A stretch of DNA of 64,000 nt from Phoronis australis (lineage: Eukaryota; Animalia; Phoronida), in assembly GCA_002633005.1 (NCBI GenBank), contig NMRA01000475.1:275130-339129 (forward strand), read 5' to 3'. The notes below the pieces were generated by a model. It was given only the letters and a program-made list of their open reading frames with translations, was not told where the DNA came from and did not search any database. The translations under genes were made by a program, and so were the position numbers. Shown piece by piece: positions 40,059 through 52,253 of the stretch; the stretch's first letter is position 1; the number at the start of each line of letters is the position of its first letter.

Positions 40059-41699
40059 TTAAAGTAATACAGTTGCAGCAGTGTAACTAACACTTGGCAT
40101 ACAACCAGGCCCTAAACGTAAAATCTGGAACGAAACATTACTGTTAATTAAATGGCACTTGTGTTTCAGTTTTCAGTTGCTGAATACTATATTGTCTGCA
40201 ACTCAGGCGCTGATTCCTAGGAAACTACAATATCAAATACTGTTGTTTTTTAACTATTTCCTGGAGATGTTACAAGTTCACGCACAGTTGCCGCTGTTTT
40301 CATCTTTGTTACCTCTTTTCAAGAAATAAATCGTTACTCTTAAAAGTGTTTCCTTTACACGAGAAAATTTGCAACCTAGAACGTGCAACATGAGTACATA
40401 CATATAGGATATGATCCGCCATGTGAACAGTCTGGTTGAATTATTTAAAAAATATGCCGAAAAATGTAAGAAACTTAGGAATTCGAAGCTCATCACCCCG
40501 GCCAACCCGCGATCGCGAACGACCGGAAGGCGATCGAGAAAAAGGGCGCGAGAAGCGAAGCCAGGCAAGGTGAGTAAATTTGACGAATTTTCGTTGTTTT
40601 TACTTCCAATGTGAAAACAGAGACATGACTTCAAGGCGTAACACATTTAGGAAGGGCAGGTAGAGGTTTAGGCTAGTGTCTCTCCCTATTATAGGAGAAA
40701 AGTTACGTTGACCGACGCATCGCTTAAGCCGAAGATGATTTGAATGTCATTTTGGCAAATTGCCGTTATTTTTAGCACTAAATCAATAAATTGACCATGA
40801 TGTTATGAAGAAATGACGTATGAAAATTTAACGCAGTGCTTGTTTTTTTTTGTTGTTTTGTCAGGATCTCTGACTTTTTCGACCCTTTTTTGTTGAAAGA
40901 TGCGATCGAGAACGCAACGATAAGCGATCGGGAACGCAAGTATCGACATCGAGTTTTTCTTTTCCTTGTAACATTTTGATCTCTCCGTGACACCCATATT
41001 CTTTTGAAGGGCTTTTCGCCATTCTTTGGACAGAAGACTTGCCCACTTGTAAATCGCTTACGACCTCTCTCATACATTTGTGATTCCCGGGTTGTTCTCT
41101 TGGGATCAAATTAGTTTTTCCACACGATCCTCGTTTTCTTTCGAACATGCACTGTCTTGTGTATCCCACTGCCACTTTTACGCGCACAGACTGTCAGGAG
41201 TGGACTGACACTGTGAGTAGTTTCATTATTTTGTTCTATTGTTCTGTTTGTGTTATTGATTGGCATAACTCCTGAGGTCAGCACAGTGATGATGTAATTT
41301 GTTTACTACAGAATAGTGTGGAATATTCTTGAAGAATCTAGCACAGGCCCGTAGCCAGGGGTGAGGGGTTCGGAGGGTTCGATCGAGCCCCCCCCCCCCC
41401 CNNCCCCCCCCCCCCCGCTGAAAAGGTCCAGCCCCAGCCTCTCCGTTAAAGATACTATATATACACACACAACAACAACAAAATTGTTGCATTGCAGCTA
41501 CTCGTACTACTAACTACAATGAGAACCAATTTAGTAATAATTTTGAATGTTTGATTCAAGGTGCTTCACATAATCATCGGGCCGTGCCTTTTCAACTACA
41601 CCCGAGTGGTGTTTGGCAATACGTAAGTGACAGTATCTTGGTTGATACTTCAATTTTCCAACTTCATTCTCTTTTAGAAATGCAAGTTCGTACTCATGT

Positions 41700-42740
41700 T
41701 TTCGTATGTCGGCAATTTCGCATGCGCATGAAATCCAAATTAAGTGTTTTATTACCCGGGCGTTGTTTTCGGTAAAGCTGCAACATTGAGCGCATCTAAT
41801 AACGTTTGTAAACACGACCAAGATTTCGCCCGTGTTTTACGACCGAAATTGTTCGCCCATAATTATGCTCGCGATTCCGACCGAGGCGTCGCTCCGAAAT
41901 CGTTCGTCCGTAATTACGCTCGTGATTCCGACCAAAACTTCGCGGCTGGTGTTTTACGACCGGAATCGCTATGTCCAATAAGAAATTGGTTTATTGGTCA
42001 TGTGATCTCTAAAGAAGTTTTCGTATTTTTCGCTCGTAATTTTAGCAAGTATAGTCATTATATTTAAGTACGAGTCCACGACACAACCACCCATTAAATC
42101 AATACGCAGTTGATATTGTTTTTGTTATGTAAATGGTTCGTTTGCGCATGTCTTGGATGTAGAGTGAGTGATTTACCACCAACATTTGGAAATTCTACTA
42201 CACAACCCCATAAAAGCCGTTTTGAACCAGTGTTTTTTGCAATGTCATATGTCTTCTGCACGCATTGTTCAGAGCAAGAGAAAGAAACTTTGTCTAAATA
42301 AATGAAAAAGCATGATTATTTAAAAAAATGATGTAAAAGCTTGTCAGACAACCTGCTAGATATACATTTTGGCACTTCAATATATACTAAAACGGATCTA
42401 TTTCAAGTGCCTGGGATGGATAGGGCAGCAAGCAAAAATGTTTCTGTCAATCTTTGATATTGTAAACCTTTTGCATGTATACTTTGCACCTGAGATTTTA
42501 CCTTCTGAATACTTCATAACATATGTAATTACGAATGTAAAACTACGAGCGAAAATGTGAGCGTAAAATTATGAGCGCAACCTCGTCAGAGCCCACGTAA
42601 CCAATAAACCACGAGCGAAGTTTCGGTCGTAATTACGCGCGACATTTTCACCAGTACTGCCCGCGATATATTCTGGGCCAAATTACATGCGAATTTGAGC
42701 TGCGTTCTTTGCGAGCAGCCGTTACGGGATCCTGATTTCT
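41700..42740. repeat. Decayed fold-back element built from TTACGAGCG / CGCTCGTAA motifs
   Basis: GCTCGTAA/GCTCGTGA/GATTCCGACC motifs at ~41750-42040 are mirrored by TACGAGCG/TATGAGCG/GGTCGTAATTACG at ~42525-42730. Similar TTACGAGCGTA motifs occur at 21780-21975. Confidence 0.4.
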
Positions 42741-42893
42741 AGTATCACAATTTTCATCTTATCTCATGACGGCGACATCCCGTTGCTCCCAACTTGTTCG
42801 ATTGTATAGCCCAACAACAAGTTGGGAAGTTCACCCCCCATAGCCAATTAACTCCATTCTGATGTTGATGGTTGGAGGGCCTGTGCTCTTTTG

Positions 42894-44912
42894 TTTACTC
42901 TGCGCGTGTAAGCGCAGAGTACTGTTGTTCCTGGGTTTTCTTCAATTTTATTCTTATTCTTCTTATTACTCTGCGCATCAAAGCGCAGAGTACTGTTCTT
43001 CCTGGGTTTTCTTCAATTTTATTCTTCTTATTCTTATTCTTATTCTTATTCTTCTTCCGACCTACTTTGACGCTTAATAACTCCAAAATGGTTGCAGGTA
43101 TGTTCTTCAAATTTAAAATATGATGTTAGGCAGTAAATAAATTTAGATTCATTATATATTCATATTCCGTAATGCACCGGAAGAGGTAGTTTGGTGCAAA
43201 GGTCATATAATTTTCAAAATACTACTCCTTCAGTTATTAAGCTATCTTTTTCAAATTCGGTGCACAGGTATAAGTCAACATGACAATTTAAAAAATTACT
43301 TTTCTAAGTAATCGGGTCATCAAATCAGGTGAAATAGGTCAAAGGTCATTAGGTGCAAACTAAAATTTTGAGCTAGACACTTCAAATTGACAGGTCTGAT
43401 TGCCACAGGTAAATCAAATCGGAATCTAAAGTTTCAGGTCATTTGGTGCAAACATGGGGTCATTAGGTGCATTTTTCTTCTGAAAATTTAACCTTTTCAA
43501 TCAGCAAGTATTCTGATAAGTCAACCGTTAGCCAATTGTGATTCTCAGCGTAAACCACATTTTTCATGGGCTTTTTAATAGGTAATTTCTCCGACAATTT
43601 TAAAGAATTCGTTTTCATATTGGTAAACGGGATGCTGTCAGTAACTTCCCATAATAATTCTAGTAATACGCTTTCGCAGAGTCCGTTATTGTCACGCCGT
43701 GACAATAATCTATCTAGTTCTTCTTTTTCTTCTTCTTATTCTTCTTCCGACCAACTTTGAGGCTTAATAACTCCAAATTGGGTGCAGGTACGGTCTTTAA
43801 ATTCAGCATATGACTTTTCACAGTATATAGATTTTGATTGGTTATATAATCATATTCCATATTGCACCGGAAGAGGTCGTTTGGTGCAAAGGTCATATAA
43901 TTTTCAAAATGCTACTCCTCTTTTAGTTTTGAAGCTATCTTTTTCAAATTCGGTGCACAGGTATAAGTCAACATAACAATTTAAAAAAAATTACTTTTCT
44001 AAGAAATCGGGTCATCCAATCAGGTGAAATAGGTCAAAGAAGATTATGTGCAAACTAAAATTTTGAGCTAGACTCTTCAAACTCACAGGTCTGATTGGCA
44101 CAGGTAATTCAATTCGGAATCCAAAGTTTCAGGTCATTTAGTGCAAACATGGGGTCATTGGGTGCATTTTTCTTCTGAAAATTTGACCTTTTCAATCAGC
44201 AATATTTTGATGTGTCAACGGTTAGACAACTGTGAAACTCAGTAGTAAACACATTTTTCATGGGCTTTGCAATAATTCTCCTAAAGACGCTTATAATGCA
44301 CCGGATAGGGCCAATTAGTGCAAAGGTCATGTAACGTTCAAAATGTTATATCTCTTAGATTTTTCAAGGAATTCTTTTCAATTTCAGCACATTGGTGTAA
44401 GTCAACATGCCAATTAAATACCCTACTTTACTTCGCAATAGGCCTAACAAATCAGAAAAAATAGGTCAAAGGTCATTAGTGCAAACTAAAATTTTGAGCG
44501 AGAGACTTCAAAATTACATACCTGTTTATTAAGTGCGATTGAGTTTGAATTCTAAATTTTCATGTCATCTGGTGTACCCATGGGGTCATTAGGTGCATTT
44601 TTCTTCTGAAAGTTTAACCAATTCATTCATCTTGTATTCTGAAGTGCTTAAGGTAAAACATCTGTGATTCTTATCATTAACCACACTTTAAATCGAGTTT
44701 ACAATTATTCCCTCGTCGGGGTTCATAATGCACCGGAAGAGGTCAATTAGTGGAAAGGTCATCAAAATATTAACATGTAATTTCTCTTACATTTTTTAAG
44801 AATTCCTTTTCATATTGGTAAACGGGTTGCTGTCAGTAACTTCCCAAAACAATTCCAGTAATACACACGCGCAGAGTCCATTATTCTCACGCCGTGACAA
44901 TAATCTTTCTAG
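42894..44912 (+). mobile_element. Helentron-associated (HINE/DINE-1-like) non-autonomous rolling-circle element, tandem dimer with internal core repeats
   Basis: 5' hairpin TACTCTGCGC..GCGCAGAGTA (twice, ~42896 and ~42966), then a (TTCTTA)n microsatellite and core repeats beginning A(A/T)TGCACCGGA (43171, 43861, ~44295, ~44727). The 3' end (subterminal GCAGAGT, stem-loop TTATTGTCACG/CGTGACAATAA, CTAG|TT) occurs at 43717 and again at 44912. Confidence 0.75.
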
Positions 44913-45944
44913 TTGATAATTGCTCTAATCTCCGATCAGATCGTATCTAGCCTGACTGGAGTGGGCTGATAAAAATGAAAGTTAAGTTAAGCCAGATATT
45001 ATCGCACGTTCAGCACCCCTCACGTCTGGAAAAGTTACTGAACGACAGGACGCTGTAATGTCAGGATTGTAGAGCTGATAGCCCCCTAATTCAGCTGCGT
45101 CAAGGGCCTTACCGATAATTCTGCAGTGTCGACGTGTGCAAAATATCAAAGGTCCACCTTTCTGGAAATTCGAACCACCACCGCGCAATGCTGGCTACGG
45201 GACTGTAGCATACGAGTGATTAATGTAATCTGGAATATTCTAGAGCCTAGTATATGTCTGTAGAATGATTGGGTAGAGTCCGGTAAGCTCTAGAACAATG
45301 CATTAGTCTATAAATATACAAGCACGGGTTTGTATTAGTCAGTTAAGCAGTTAAAGAGTTAAAAGTTGAAAGTCAGTTACAAGAGCGTTCAGTACAGTTG
45401 AGTTGCTGAAAGTGTCTCAGAAGTTCATCACAAGTCAAGGCTTCGCATCACTGGCTGCAGTGTAGAACAGATATTACGTCGGACGTTTTGTTTGAGTAGG
45501 CTTGTGAACGTAGGATCGAAATTAATAAAGCGATTAATTCAAACCAGTCTTCAGTCTATTGTCGCACCGAAAGCTATTAGCACAGGTATGTAACAACCTG
45601 TACCCACCCACACACGGGGAAAAACGTGACACAGACCCTTTGTTGCTTATTTAAGCAAAAAGTATATTTACAGTGGCACAAGTCCACCCTTTTCCTGGGA
45701 ACTCCCTTGCGATTCTTCTTTCGCCCCACCCGTTCTCCTTGAAACAGATTTCAATAGTATTAATTATCCTTTTCCCTCAAAGGCATCCTTAAAAACCGGA
45801 ATATTGGACAGAACTGATACTGATGGAGAAATGATAATAAAAAATAATAGACTTGAGATTCAGACAGACATTTTTGACGGACAGATGTCAGCACAACATG
45901 AAAACGATGAAAGTCGCCGTGATATTACATTTTTCACCCTGCTG

Positions 45945-46112
45945 TATTGAATTTCACAGTACTTCCATAACTATTTATATTTCTCTGAAATACTTTGTAG
46001 ACTTGTTGATGACACCCTGAAGATACATTGTGAAAAATTTGAACGAGTTCGGTTGGTCAATTGCTGAGAAATTACTTGTCAAAAAGTGGCTACTTTTTGT
46101 GTCACCTGATAT
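45945..46112 (-). mobile_element. Tc1/mariner-like terminal repeat (right-facing copy)
   Basis: TTGCTGAGAAATTACTTGTCAAAAAGTGG..TTTTTGTGTCACCTGATA, inverted homolog of 36642-36810. Confidence 0.55.
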
Positions 46113-46329
46113 ATCTACAACACTCGCCCCTAGCCAAGACACTTGGCATTTTTTGTTTAGTCACAGGGCATACTTGGAGAAACCGTTATGAACAATTTCT
46201 ATAAAATTGACAATTGATTCACCCCAAATCTCTGCATCGTAGCTTAAAATTGATAGAATCGTGCCTGCTAAACACGTATTTTGTACGTATACGCCGGTAG
46301 CAGTTCTCGCAAGCAAATGACCCCAGAAA

Positions 46330-46775
46330 CAATGTCCAATTTTGGGACATCATATCTCAGAAATGGCCGCTTGGATTCACTTGAGACTTTCAGGTACTAT
46401 GCTTAATGCCCTGTTCTCTAAAAAGGTCCACTTTGCATGAAAGGTTATCAAAATTGGGACTTATATGATTTTTATGAAAAAAAAATTAAGTTGTATGGAA
46501 GGAAATGATCACGCTACTTTAGAAAATTGTAACACCGTTTTTGAAATTTTATCTTAAACATTAACTTCATATCATCCAAATTTGCTTATGTTATTGATCC
46601 ACTTGTTTTGCTATGAAAGTATCTTTCTTTTGTATTAAATTTTACTAAATAGTGTGGTCACGTGACCTAATTAATGACAGAGCGGCACAAAGTCAAAAAC
46701 TAAATATTACGGAGTTTCTGCTTTCGGCCGGTACTTTTGCTGAGTTAAATTCTGTGATTTTGTAGATATTTGTCG
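46330..46775 (+). repeat. Dispersed repeat family copy C
   Basis: Aligns by eye with ~700-1110 and ~5215-5650. Confidence 0.55.
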
Positions 46776-47814
46776 ACAACTTTAAAAATTGACTATTTTT
46801 GCTGAGAACACTGTTGAGTTTGCTTCTTGACAATGAATGGTTGTGCTCAGGTTGCTTCATTAGCGTAGACTAGACGCGGTGAACTGTTACCTTAGTCTGC
46901 TTCCTGATCATTGACTTTATTGCGAAACAACTAGAACTCAGAGCCCGCATAAAAATTGTCAAGTCCTCAACACAATTTGCATCGTATGATTTTGCATGTT
47001 TTGCAAGCGAGTATGCTCGAAGTTTTACCTCATGAACTTATATACTTGCCATCACTGTGACCAGGTAGCTGAATTATGCCGCACAGTGCTGCCCGTGATT
47101 TTGCCTTCTTTAGTAGTTTTCATAAATAACTGTTGTCGTTAAGTTGACTCTCTAATCATACCCAACGGAGTTGTCAGTAGTAGTAGTAAAATGTTTATTT
47201 TACATCGGTATGGAACAGGTGAACAGCAAAAGAGTACCACAAGTGCTAGTAACCGATATAAAATGAGAAATAAATATGTAGTTGACAGCGTAGGCACATT
47301 TGGCATTCACAAGCTTGGCGTAGGCCTATATGACGACTTAACTCATTAATAAAGGTATTGAGATCTTGGCAACATCATACATTCAGGTAACTTGTTTCAT
47401 AAATATGCCCCCTGGTGTTTAATAGAATTAAGCCCATGCATGGGAGAGTAGGGTGGTGAACCTTATCAAACGCATGCAGTGTTTTTTCCCCAGTACCTCA
47501 TACGTCAGACGTCTGAGAGCAAAACAGCCACCCCAAGACATTGTAGCCTTTGAACAAAAAGCGGAGTGGATTTTGATTTAGACTATAATGAGACTATGCC
47601 CCGGGAATACCGTGGTCATTGAAAACAAATTTTAAGACCCGATATTGAATCAGTCTTTTCTTGGAGTAACATGGTCCTTTTCAGTAAACGAATAATTTGT
47701 CTACGATCAAAGAGATGATTACAGGAGAGCCTTGCAAATCGGTCGATCTCGCCTCAAGTTTTGCCCTTGCTTGTCCACGGTCTTCGGGTCATTCAACTCA
47801 TCATGTATGCTTTT

Positions 47815-47915
47815 AGGATGACGTCATTATGAGCGTTTTCTATTTTTAGAAGAATTACATCCGGGCTAGCGGTTCAAAATACATGCGCAGTAGCTTGTAA
47901 GCCGCCATTTTTGTC
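47815..47915 (+). promoter_or_regulatory. Probable PPM1 promoter
   Basis: Within 100 bp: CRE TGACGTCA (47819-47826), MEF2-type CTATTTTTAG (47840-47849), ETS-like ACATCCGG (47857), NRF1-like CATGCGCA (47882) and YY1 GCCGCCATTTT (47901-47911); about 370 bp upstream of the ATG. Confidence 0.6.
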
Positions 47916-48279
47916 ATCGTTACGAGGTTTGGTCGAGATTGGAGTGTTGCAAGTTAAGAGCAATCAGAGGTTCTGGTTCTGGGTTTTCCCAAGTTTATAA
48001 TGAAAAAACTTGGGAGTAGTGTTCGGGATACGAGAAGGAACAATTGTCAACAATAGTGTTTGTGCCATAGGGTGCGCTGAATTATGTTTCGGTGACGGGT
48101 CAAGTTTGTAATTACCGTTCCTGCAGTGTTTGTTTAGCAAAACCGCAATTCATCGAACTGTTTTTAAACTGTATATTTAGTCGTTCATCAATCTTCGTGA
48201 AACCGTTGAAACTATTGTGTCATTTTCATGATATTGTTACTTTCAAAAGTGCTCAGTAAGTCCAATATCTAATTTGAAA

Positions 48280-49113
48280 ATGGGAGCCTTTCTCGATAAG
48301 CCAAAGACTGATAAAGTGAACGATAGAGGAAGTGGAAATGGCATTCACTTCGGACTCAGCAGTATGCAAGGTTGGAGAGTGGAAATGGAAGATGCACACT
48401 GTGCTAATTTGAATGTACCTGGCCTGAAGGACTGGTCATTTTTTGCGGTTTTTGATGGCCATGCAGGCTCAAAAGTTTCAGCACATTGTGCTGAACATTT
48501 ACTAGGGTCAATTCTTGCTAATGATAAATTCAAAGGAACTAATGCATCAACTAGCCCTACTATGAATAATGTGATACAAGGGATTAGACAGGGATTTCTC
48601 GACTTAGATGAAAAAATGCGCAAAATACCAGACATGGACAGTGGAGAGGATAAAAGTGGGTCAACTGCTGTTTGCTGTATGATTAGTCCTTCATCTGTAA
48701 TATTTGGAAATTGCGGTGACTCCAGAGGAGTACTAGTACGGGATGGCAAGGTGTTTTTTTCGACTCAGGATCACAAACCAATCAATCCTGTTGAAAAAGA
48801 ACGTATTCAAAATGCTGGCGGTAGCGTGATGATACAAAGAGTTAATGGTTCTCTGGCTGTGTCCCGAGCTCTGGGCGACTTTGAATATAAAAATGTTCTA
48901 GATAAGTCACCCATTGAGCAGTTAGTGTCGCCAGAGCCAGAAATGGAAGCCATAGAGAGAACTGCACAAGATGAATTCATAGTTCTGGCATGTGATGGTA
49001 TCTGGGATGTGATGACCAATGATGATCTAGCCGGCTTTATCCATAACCGTATGCTGCTAACAGATAATTTGGCTATGATATGTAATGATGTGGTTGACAC
49101 CTGTCTTTATAAG
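48280..49113 (+). CDS. PPM1A: Protein phosphatase 1A/1B (PP2C alpha/beta ortholog), coding exon 1
   Basis: [10 protein letters not shown]-terminus (Gly2 myristoylation motif); [55 protein letters not shown]. Ends CLYK|GTTTGT, 834 nt, phase 0. Confidence 0.97.
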
Positions 49114-51110
49114 GTTTGTAAATCTTTGGTGATATTATCATATGTTGTTCGAAGTTCTACATAAAGTCATTTCTTTTGTACAATGTATTAGTAGCATGTA
49201 CTGTATTCAATACATATCACATTCCAGTTTACTTCATTTCAGAATTTCTGGAAAAATCATGTGCTGCCATATACTAATTAGTGGTTGTTTTGCATGTCAG
49301 TCTTCATGTTTTGCATGTCAGTCTTCATGTTTTTTCAAGCAAAATCTTTTGATTTATTTCCTACTTCTGAGACATTCACCTAATAATCATGAGACATACA
49401 TTACGTAATGAATATCTGAATTTAATTAAGATGCGAGCACTGACTTATAGTTGGGGCAAGGGAAACATCTCCCAGTGGTTGGTTTTGCGGTAAAGTGGGC
49501 CCTCAATCTTAGTTACTGTACTGGCATTTCAATAGTATGTTTGCTCCGAAGCATCTGAAAGTAATTGGGGGCATCCAAAGTTAGTCATTTCTTAGCCACA
49601 TAGCAAGTTGAGCCTTTAGATGATTTCACTTGGCAGCTATGACATGTTGGATTTTAATCTAGCTGATAGGTATAAACTAAGATAAAAACTAGATCCCTAG
49701 CTAGATTTGGTTGCATAATTTAGCAGCTGCTTAGTTGGCTATTTTTAGACACACCCCCACGATTAAAACTGCACTCCAAGCCAAATTCCAGTTGGCCAAA
49801 GGTCCTTTGAAATTGAAGGTTTATTTTGATGTGTTTTGCGTACTTTAAGTGCACTAAGAAATTTTGGTAGTAATGTATGTTGTCATGATTGAAACTGTTC
49901 CTTTAGCATCTCTCAATAGTAACCAACTTAGTTGGCAAATTGGCCCACTACATTTATTTAATGAATTCAGCTTTGGGCGTTATGCATGTCCCTGTTTTCC
50001 TATTGTTGAGAGCCAATCTCTCCAGGTGTTTGTGGAATTTCCACTCTCATTTTGAGGTCATGCAGTGATGTGTGTAACACCTGTCACAGTTGGCTCTGAA
50101 CTTCAACCTGTCTTTGATACAGAAGTCGGAGGTTTTGTTGGTTCAGATTTCACACAAGTAACTATGTGTGTTGTTACTTTCACTGCAATGCAACTATCAG
50201 GTTGTGTGCTGACTGCACTTTCTACTTAGGAGGGGTATAGAAATGTACTGGTCCAAGGACATGGGCCAGTGAAATTTGGCTGTATCTAGTTTGAGCTGGC
50301 TAGACCGATGTCTAGCGAATATTGAAGCGGGATAGTGAAATACATTGTCTCAGTAGCCTGATACCTCAGACTGACATCTTTCCGTAGTCTTAGCACAGCC
50401 TCCGTACTGCCTGTCAGTGACCGTCTCGAGGAGTCGACATACCATGATGAACTTGGGGAAAACACACGATGCATGCCCAGCTCAAATGGGGATGTCATTT
50501 GTTTCCCAGCCCCAAACACATGAATCCCTTGACGACATGCAGCCTTTGCCACAACATTACAATCACGTGTGACCATTCCAAAACTGAATCGTGATTGGTC
50601 GACAGGCAAATTGGACGAGATCGTCTTCCGAACATCAGAGGCTCAGAAGCAGGATGAAGGGGGTAAAAACAATTAAACGATTCCCTCACAAAATGATTTT
50701 TAGTTGATTTGAGTTATATTCAGACAGCAATAATAGAAAATTCTAATGTTCTGTGTCGCACCTTTCAAGACCGCGAAGATGGCACTAGCTGCACATTGAC
50801 CGTAACCGCTAAATCCATCTACCGTATTACTGCGGTCCCACTTATACTGTCATAACTGGGTCATTACTGTGCTATCCACCTGCTCAGGAAACGTGTAGAT
50901 TTTTTCACAATATCAGTTTTACATCAATATTACTCCTTTTTTAATTAACAAACTTCGAAGTTCACGCTTTTTGCTGACTTAGCACAAAATCTGGATACAT
51001 GTCGCTGACATCTAGTAATGGTAACAATCAATTACTTATCATGACAGAGGAGCCAACACTTGAAATATTTAATGCACAGTGTGCTGTTGTCTTTTGTTAT
51101 TACAAAAGCA

Positions 51111-51255
51111 CAGGAGGGTGCCATGTGGATGGCCACCGATACTGAGTGGAAACAGAAGTAGGAGGGTGCCATGTGGATGGCCACCGATACTGAGTGGAAA
51201 CAGAAGCAGGAGGGTGCCATGTGTATGGCCACTGATACCAAGTGGGATCAGAAGT
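51111..51255. repeat. 48-bp tandem repeat x3 in PPM1 intron 1
   Basis: (C/T)AGGAGGGTGCCATGTGGATGGCCACCGATACTGAGTGGAAACAGAAG units at 51111, 51159 and 51207. Confidence 0.92.
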
Positions 51256-51734
51256 GGATGAATCTCCATCACCCTCTTTTAAATGAAAGTTTTAACTGAA
51301 GGTCATAGTTTTCATTCAAGCAAATCAAAGACAAAGTACAAAACAGCGCAAACACTAAAGCTGCATTTTTTGCCGTGCATACATCCTAGATCGAAATATA
51401 TCATAGCTAAGGAATATATGGGCAGATTAGCTTCTTCCATGGATCATCAATGGTGACGAGTGACATGACAAGGCAGGACCAGTAAATTGTTTTACTGGTG
51501 GTGACCAGTGAGGTACAAACATTTCTATACCCCTGTTTAGTTCCAAGACAACAATTCAGGATTGTCATTGATTTGTCTTTGTATCATAATGGTACATTTC
51601 ATGATTTTACAGCACTTTGCCTCAAATGTAGCCCTGCATTATCTGTTGAAAACATTGCTGCTTTCAAGTGCTTTGTGTGTGTGTGTGAAAGTTAGCCTTC
51701 ATTGCCTTAAACCTGCATTTTTGTCTATTTATAG

Positions 51735-51852
51735 GGAAGTCGGGATAATATGAGTATCATAATAGTAAGTCTCGATGGTGCGCCTAAAGTTTCAGCAGAA
51801 GCAATCAAAAAGGAAGATGAGCTTAATGCACGCCTTGAAAACCGAGTCAAAG
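51735..51852 (+). CDS. PPM1A: PPM1A/1B coding exon 2 (not in the ORF track)
   Basis: TTTATAG|GGA AGT CGG GAT AAT ATG AGT = [39 protein letters not shown], ending G|GTAAGT. 118 nt, in frame with exon 1; supplies the last metal-binding Asp (DN motif). Confidence 0.95.
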
Positions 51853-52253
51853 GTAAGTAGTGTCAGGCTTCTACTGCCTGGCAAACATCTGCTTTGCTTC
51901 TAAAAAGGTCTTGATTTGCCAATTGGGGCTTTTACTATTTCTTACGGTCTGTTGCTTTCTTGTCTGAATAGCAATTCATATCATTTGAACAGCTGCCATT
52001 TGATTTTCTAGCAACATGTTATAGGCAAACATCTTTCTTGGAAATGTGCACTCAGAAACTGATAATAAGAGTATGTTCTCCACAACCCATTCTGACACGT
52101 CAGCGATTTTGCTGCAATGAAACTGGCTCGTCTCCATCGAGTTAAAATTGATGTAGTAAATTACTCATTTGTTCTGGAAATTAGCACATTTAATTTTCGA
52201 ACGTTTGGCACGATTTCTGTGAATCGATTCGTGAGCGTTAGATACAACCTCTC

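Larger units (their letters stand above)
41344..45205. mobile_element. MITE with 5-bp TSD (TAGCA), expanded by internal insertions
   Basis: TAGCA|CAGGCCCGTAGCCAG ... CTGGCTACGGGACTG|TAGCA; AAAGGTCCA motif near both ends. Confidence 0.8.
41192..45631 (+). mobile_element. Solo LTR (~570 bp: 41192-41343 + 45211-45631) split by a nested MITE
   Basis: CAGAC|TGTCA ... TGACA|CAGAC (5-bp TSD, TG..CA termini). TATAAATA at ~45309 and AATAAA at ~45524 lie in the 3' part. Confidence 0.8.

Noticed and set aside
45204-45631. Solo LTR starting TGTAGCA at 45204
   Set aside because: That TG is the MITE terminus and TAGCA is its TSD; the LTR start with the matching CAGAC TSD is at 41192.
48345-49100. Antisense ORFs of 134 and 97 aa
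   Set aside because: Shadow frames of the PPM1 exon.
48274-49164. PPM1 ORF limits as given in the track (TTG start, VCKSL... tail)
   Set aside because: The conserved start is ATG 48280 (MGAFLDKP), and the tail after 49113 is intron read-through. The GRL ORF tail 1923-1852 is likewise intronic.
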